A stretch of 62,506 nt of DNA, counting the filler, from Nemertoderma westbladi (lineage: Eukaryota > Animalia > Xenacoelomorpha): NCBI GenBank assembly GCA_032718475.1. It is 4 parts of 4 records of this genome, joined end to end, with 100 filler letters (N's around TTAATTAATTAA, not from the genome) between each part and the next. Parts side by side here need not be neighbours in the genome. Positions count along the whole stretch, not along the records: positions 59,150 to 62,506 come from JAUCBJ010003306.1; 3 more parts are not named here. One strand, written 5' to 3'. Both the position numbers and the translations under genes were made by a program. How positions within the stretch are numbered: the first letter of the stretch is position 1; each line of letters starts with the position of its first letter. Positions 60,472 to 62,506 of the stretch are shown here, one piece after another. The notes below the pieces were generated by a model. That model was not told the DNA's origin. It ran no database searches and saw only the letters and a list, made by a program, of their open reading frames with translations.

Positions 60472-61851
60472 TTCCGGCTAACTTCAGTTAAACCGGTCAT
60501 ACCTACCTAAACAGACTGTCTGACATATTCAAATGTATTTCCAACTTAACTATCCAAATACGAGAACTAAATAAACGATAATTAAATAATTTGTGAAATT
60601 GAAGAATAATAATAATTTACTACATGGGACAAAAAGTAGAGCTTTTTTCACTATTCTCGAGGCATTTTATTTACCGAGCGCTAGCGAGCAGCTTATTAAA
60701 GGGTCGAGAGAATATTGAAAAAAAAATTTTTTTTTGCTGCAGGAATTTTTCAATTGAATAAGGCCATTTTCACCAAAAAGACTCACAGGGTATAAAGACG
60801 TGAATAAAAGTGTTAAATGGTTGTTTTATTAGATATATTTCTAACTTTGATTAATAATTTCGTTGAATTTCAATAAGTTTTATTATTGTCGAACAAAGAA
60901 GGAGACTATTATTTAAAATAGCGGGAAAGTTTTAACTTTTCCTTAACCCTTTCCAGTTTCCACCCTGAATTATGGTCCACTCCAAACAAATAATATTTAA
61001 ATGCATTTCTGTACTAAATAGGTAATGAATAGAAAAAAAATAAAAACTGAGCATTCGGGGTTGTGTGGGGAAATAAGTTATTAAGCAAAGCAGAACAACT
61101 GCATGCAGTTCAGCACTCATTTTGTTATTTGCAAACCTTTTCTACGTCGATGCTCTTTCAACACGTAATAAAATTTAAGAAATCCCACTAAAAATATTTT
61201 CACTTATTCATATTTTGCCGGTAAAAAAGTAAAATAAATGCAATATGGGTTGCTTTTTCCCGAGGGAAAAAATATATTCCCTTTTCTCTCGATTTTTTTT
61301 TGTATTCGGGCGAGTAAATAACTGTTTAAGAATAAAATGTAAAATGTTCAGTGTATAATCCAATATAATGCCAAGGTAATTAATTCACAAGGAATAATTA
61401 CTTTGCTCGCTGTTTATTTGTTGCGAATTAAATTCACGTTCAAATTTAATAAATATCCCCGAAATGGAGATTACGGGAGAAGGCCATGTATCCATGAGGC
61501 GGGTGTGTGTTTGTGTGTGTGGGGGGGGGGGGGGGGGGGGGGGGATATTAAATTAGAAGGAACTTCGCGATTCTCGGCAATTTGCAATAAAATATCAAAT
61601 ATAAATGGAACCAGAATAATAATATATTAAACTAAAATATTGAAGGAATATCCGCGTCGAGTTTACAGCTTGTTTCGATTGTAACGGAGGGATTCGCCCA
61701 ATAGATCCATCGATTTATTATCGGAGTTGAATCCGTTGGATGAGGAACTCAACATAGTTGGTTGTAGTAAACTAATTTCGGCACCCCTTCTATCGACTCT
61801 TGGCTGGATACATTGGGTCTCCCGTTTTATAAAACAAACACAAGTAAATTT

Positions 61852-62367
61852 TCAGCTAACGAGCCCCAAATAATCGTCCATTAGTGATCCTATCGCGAAT
61901 ATATCCTTAGCGTCGACTCTCGTACCAACTATTCGCACCCGTAGGTCGTCTCCTTGCTGTAGAACCAAGTCCTCATCTTTTGTCTTATAACTACACGGAT
62001 TGGCTCCGTCGAATTCCATGTCCGAGGGAATAGAATGCCGGGAAATAAAACACGACATCGGGCCGATCTCAGTGAAAATACCAACTTTATTTACCTGCGT
62101 GATAATCGCATCGAGGACTTCCCCCTTGAAAGGGCGGAATACGATTGCTTTGTATTTGATGGGGTAAATAACGAAACCTCTACCGGGTTGTACAGCGCCC
62201 GCTCCGATGTTATCTATGGTTGTTACTGCGATAACGAAGCCGTATTCACCGGAACATGTGCCCTCCACTTCCGAGTAGAGTTTCTGTTTCACCGTGTTTA
62301 GTAGATTCGGTCCGAAATATTTCGGGTGAAGTAAAACTTCATGTTCCAGCGGCAAATGGTAAAACAT
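61852..62367 (-). CDS. POLR2G: RNA polymerase II subunit RPB7, intronless
   Basis: [22 protein letters not shown]...[12 protein letters not shown]...[15 protein letters not shown]; full length, close to metazoan RPB7. Confidence 0.98.
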   Translation of the reverse strand: MFYHLPLEHEVLLHPKYFGPNLLNTVKQKLYSEVEGTCSGEYGFVIAVTTIDNIGAGAVQPGRGFVIYPIKYKAIVFRPFKGEVLDAIITQVNKVGIFTEIGPMSCFISRHSIPSDMEFDGANPCSYKTKDEDLVLQQGDDLRVRIVGTRVDAKDIFAIGSLMDDYLGLVS

Positions 62368-62506
62368 ATTCGGAATACTGGAATATCTGGACTTCTAAAC
62401 TCCGAAACTCGCTGTTGGCAGCGCAGCAGGCTGGAACAGAATTCAGTGTTCTGCCTACCGCAGTACCGGTTGCAACTTCTGAACTTAGAACTTCGTACTG
62501 TCGTCC

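Overview
This window is a repeat-rich animal (invertebrate-like) nuclear sequence, not a prokaryotic locus. It is four contigs (1-25118, 25219-44731, 44832-59049, 59150-62506) joined by identical artificial 100-nt linkers (N44-TTAATTAATTAA-N44), so adjacency across the linkers is not evidence of linkage. Recognisable genes are SPCS2, a WTAP/fl(2)d homolog, a Gly/Tyr-tailed cold-shock-domain protein, TMEM183, SSADH (ALDH5A1) and RPB7 (POLR2G), and all six coding regions are intronless. Manual reading found coding sequence missing from the ORF track: two spliced exons of an NADPH-dependent FMN/quinone reductase, an orphan GPCR-like exon, a signal-peptide/Cys ORF, a spliced accessory gene inside a Mutator-like transposon, and an orphan ORF of at least 422 codons running off the left edge behind a hairpin-dense 3-kb leader. 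Mobile DNA includes a 3'-truncated Gypsy element (LTR, PBS, -1 frameshift signal), a MULE, RTE/L2/CR1/CRE-like non-LTR fragments, tRNA-derived SINEs, a Penelope-type minimal hammerhead, many nested MITEs, a 6.7-kb 26-bp satellite and a 59-bp minisatellite. All family assignments come from recognising motifs by eye; no searches were run.
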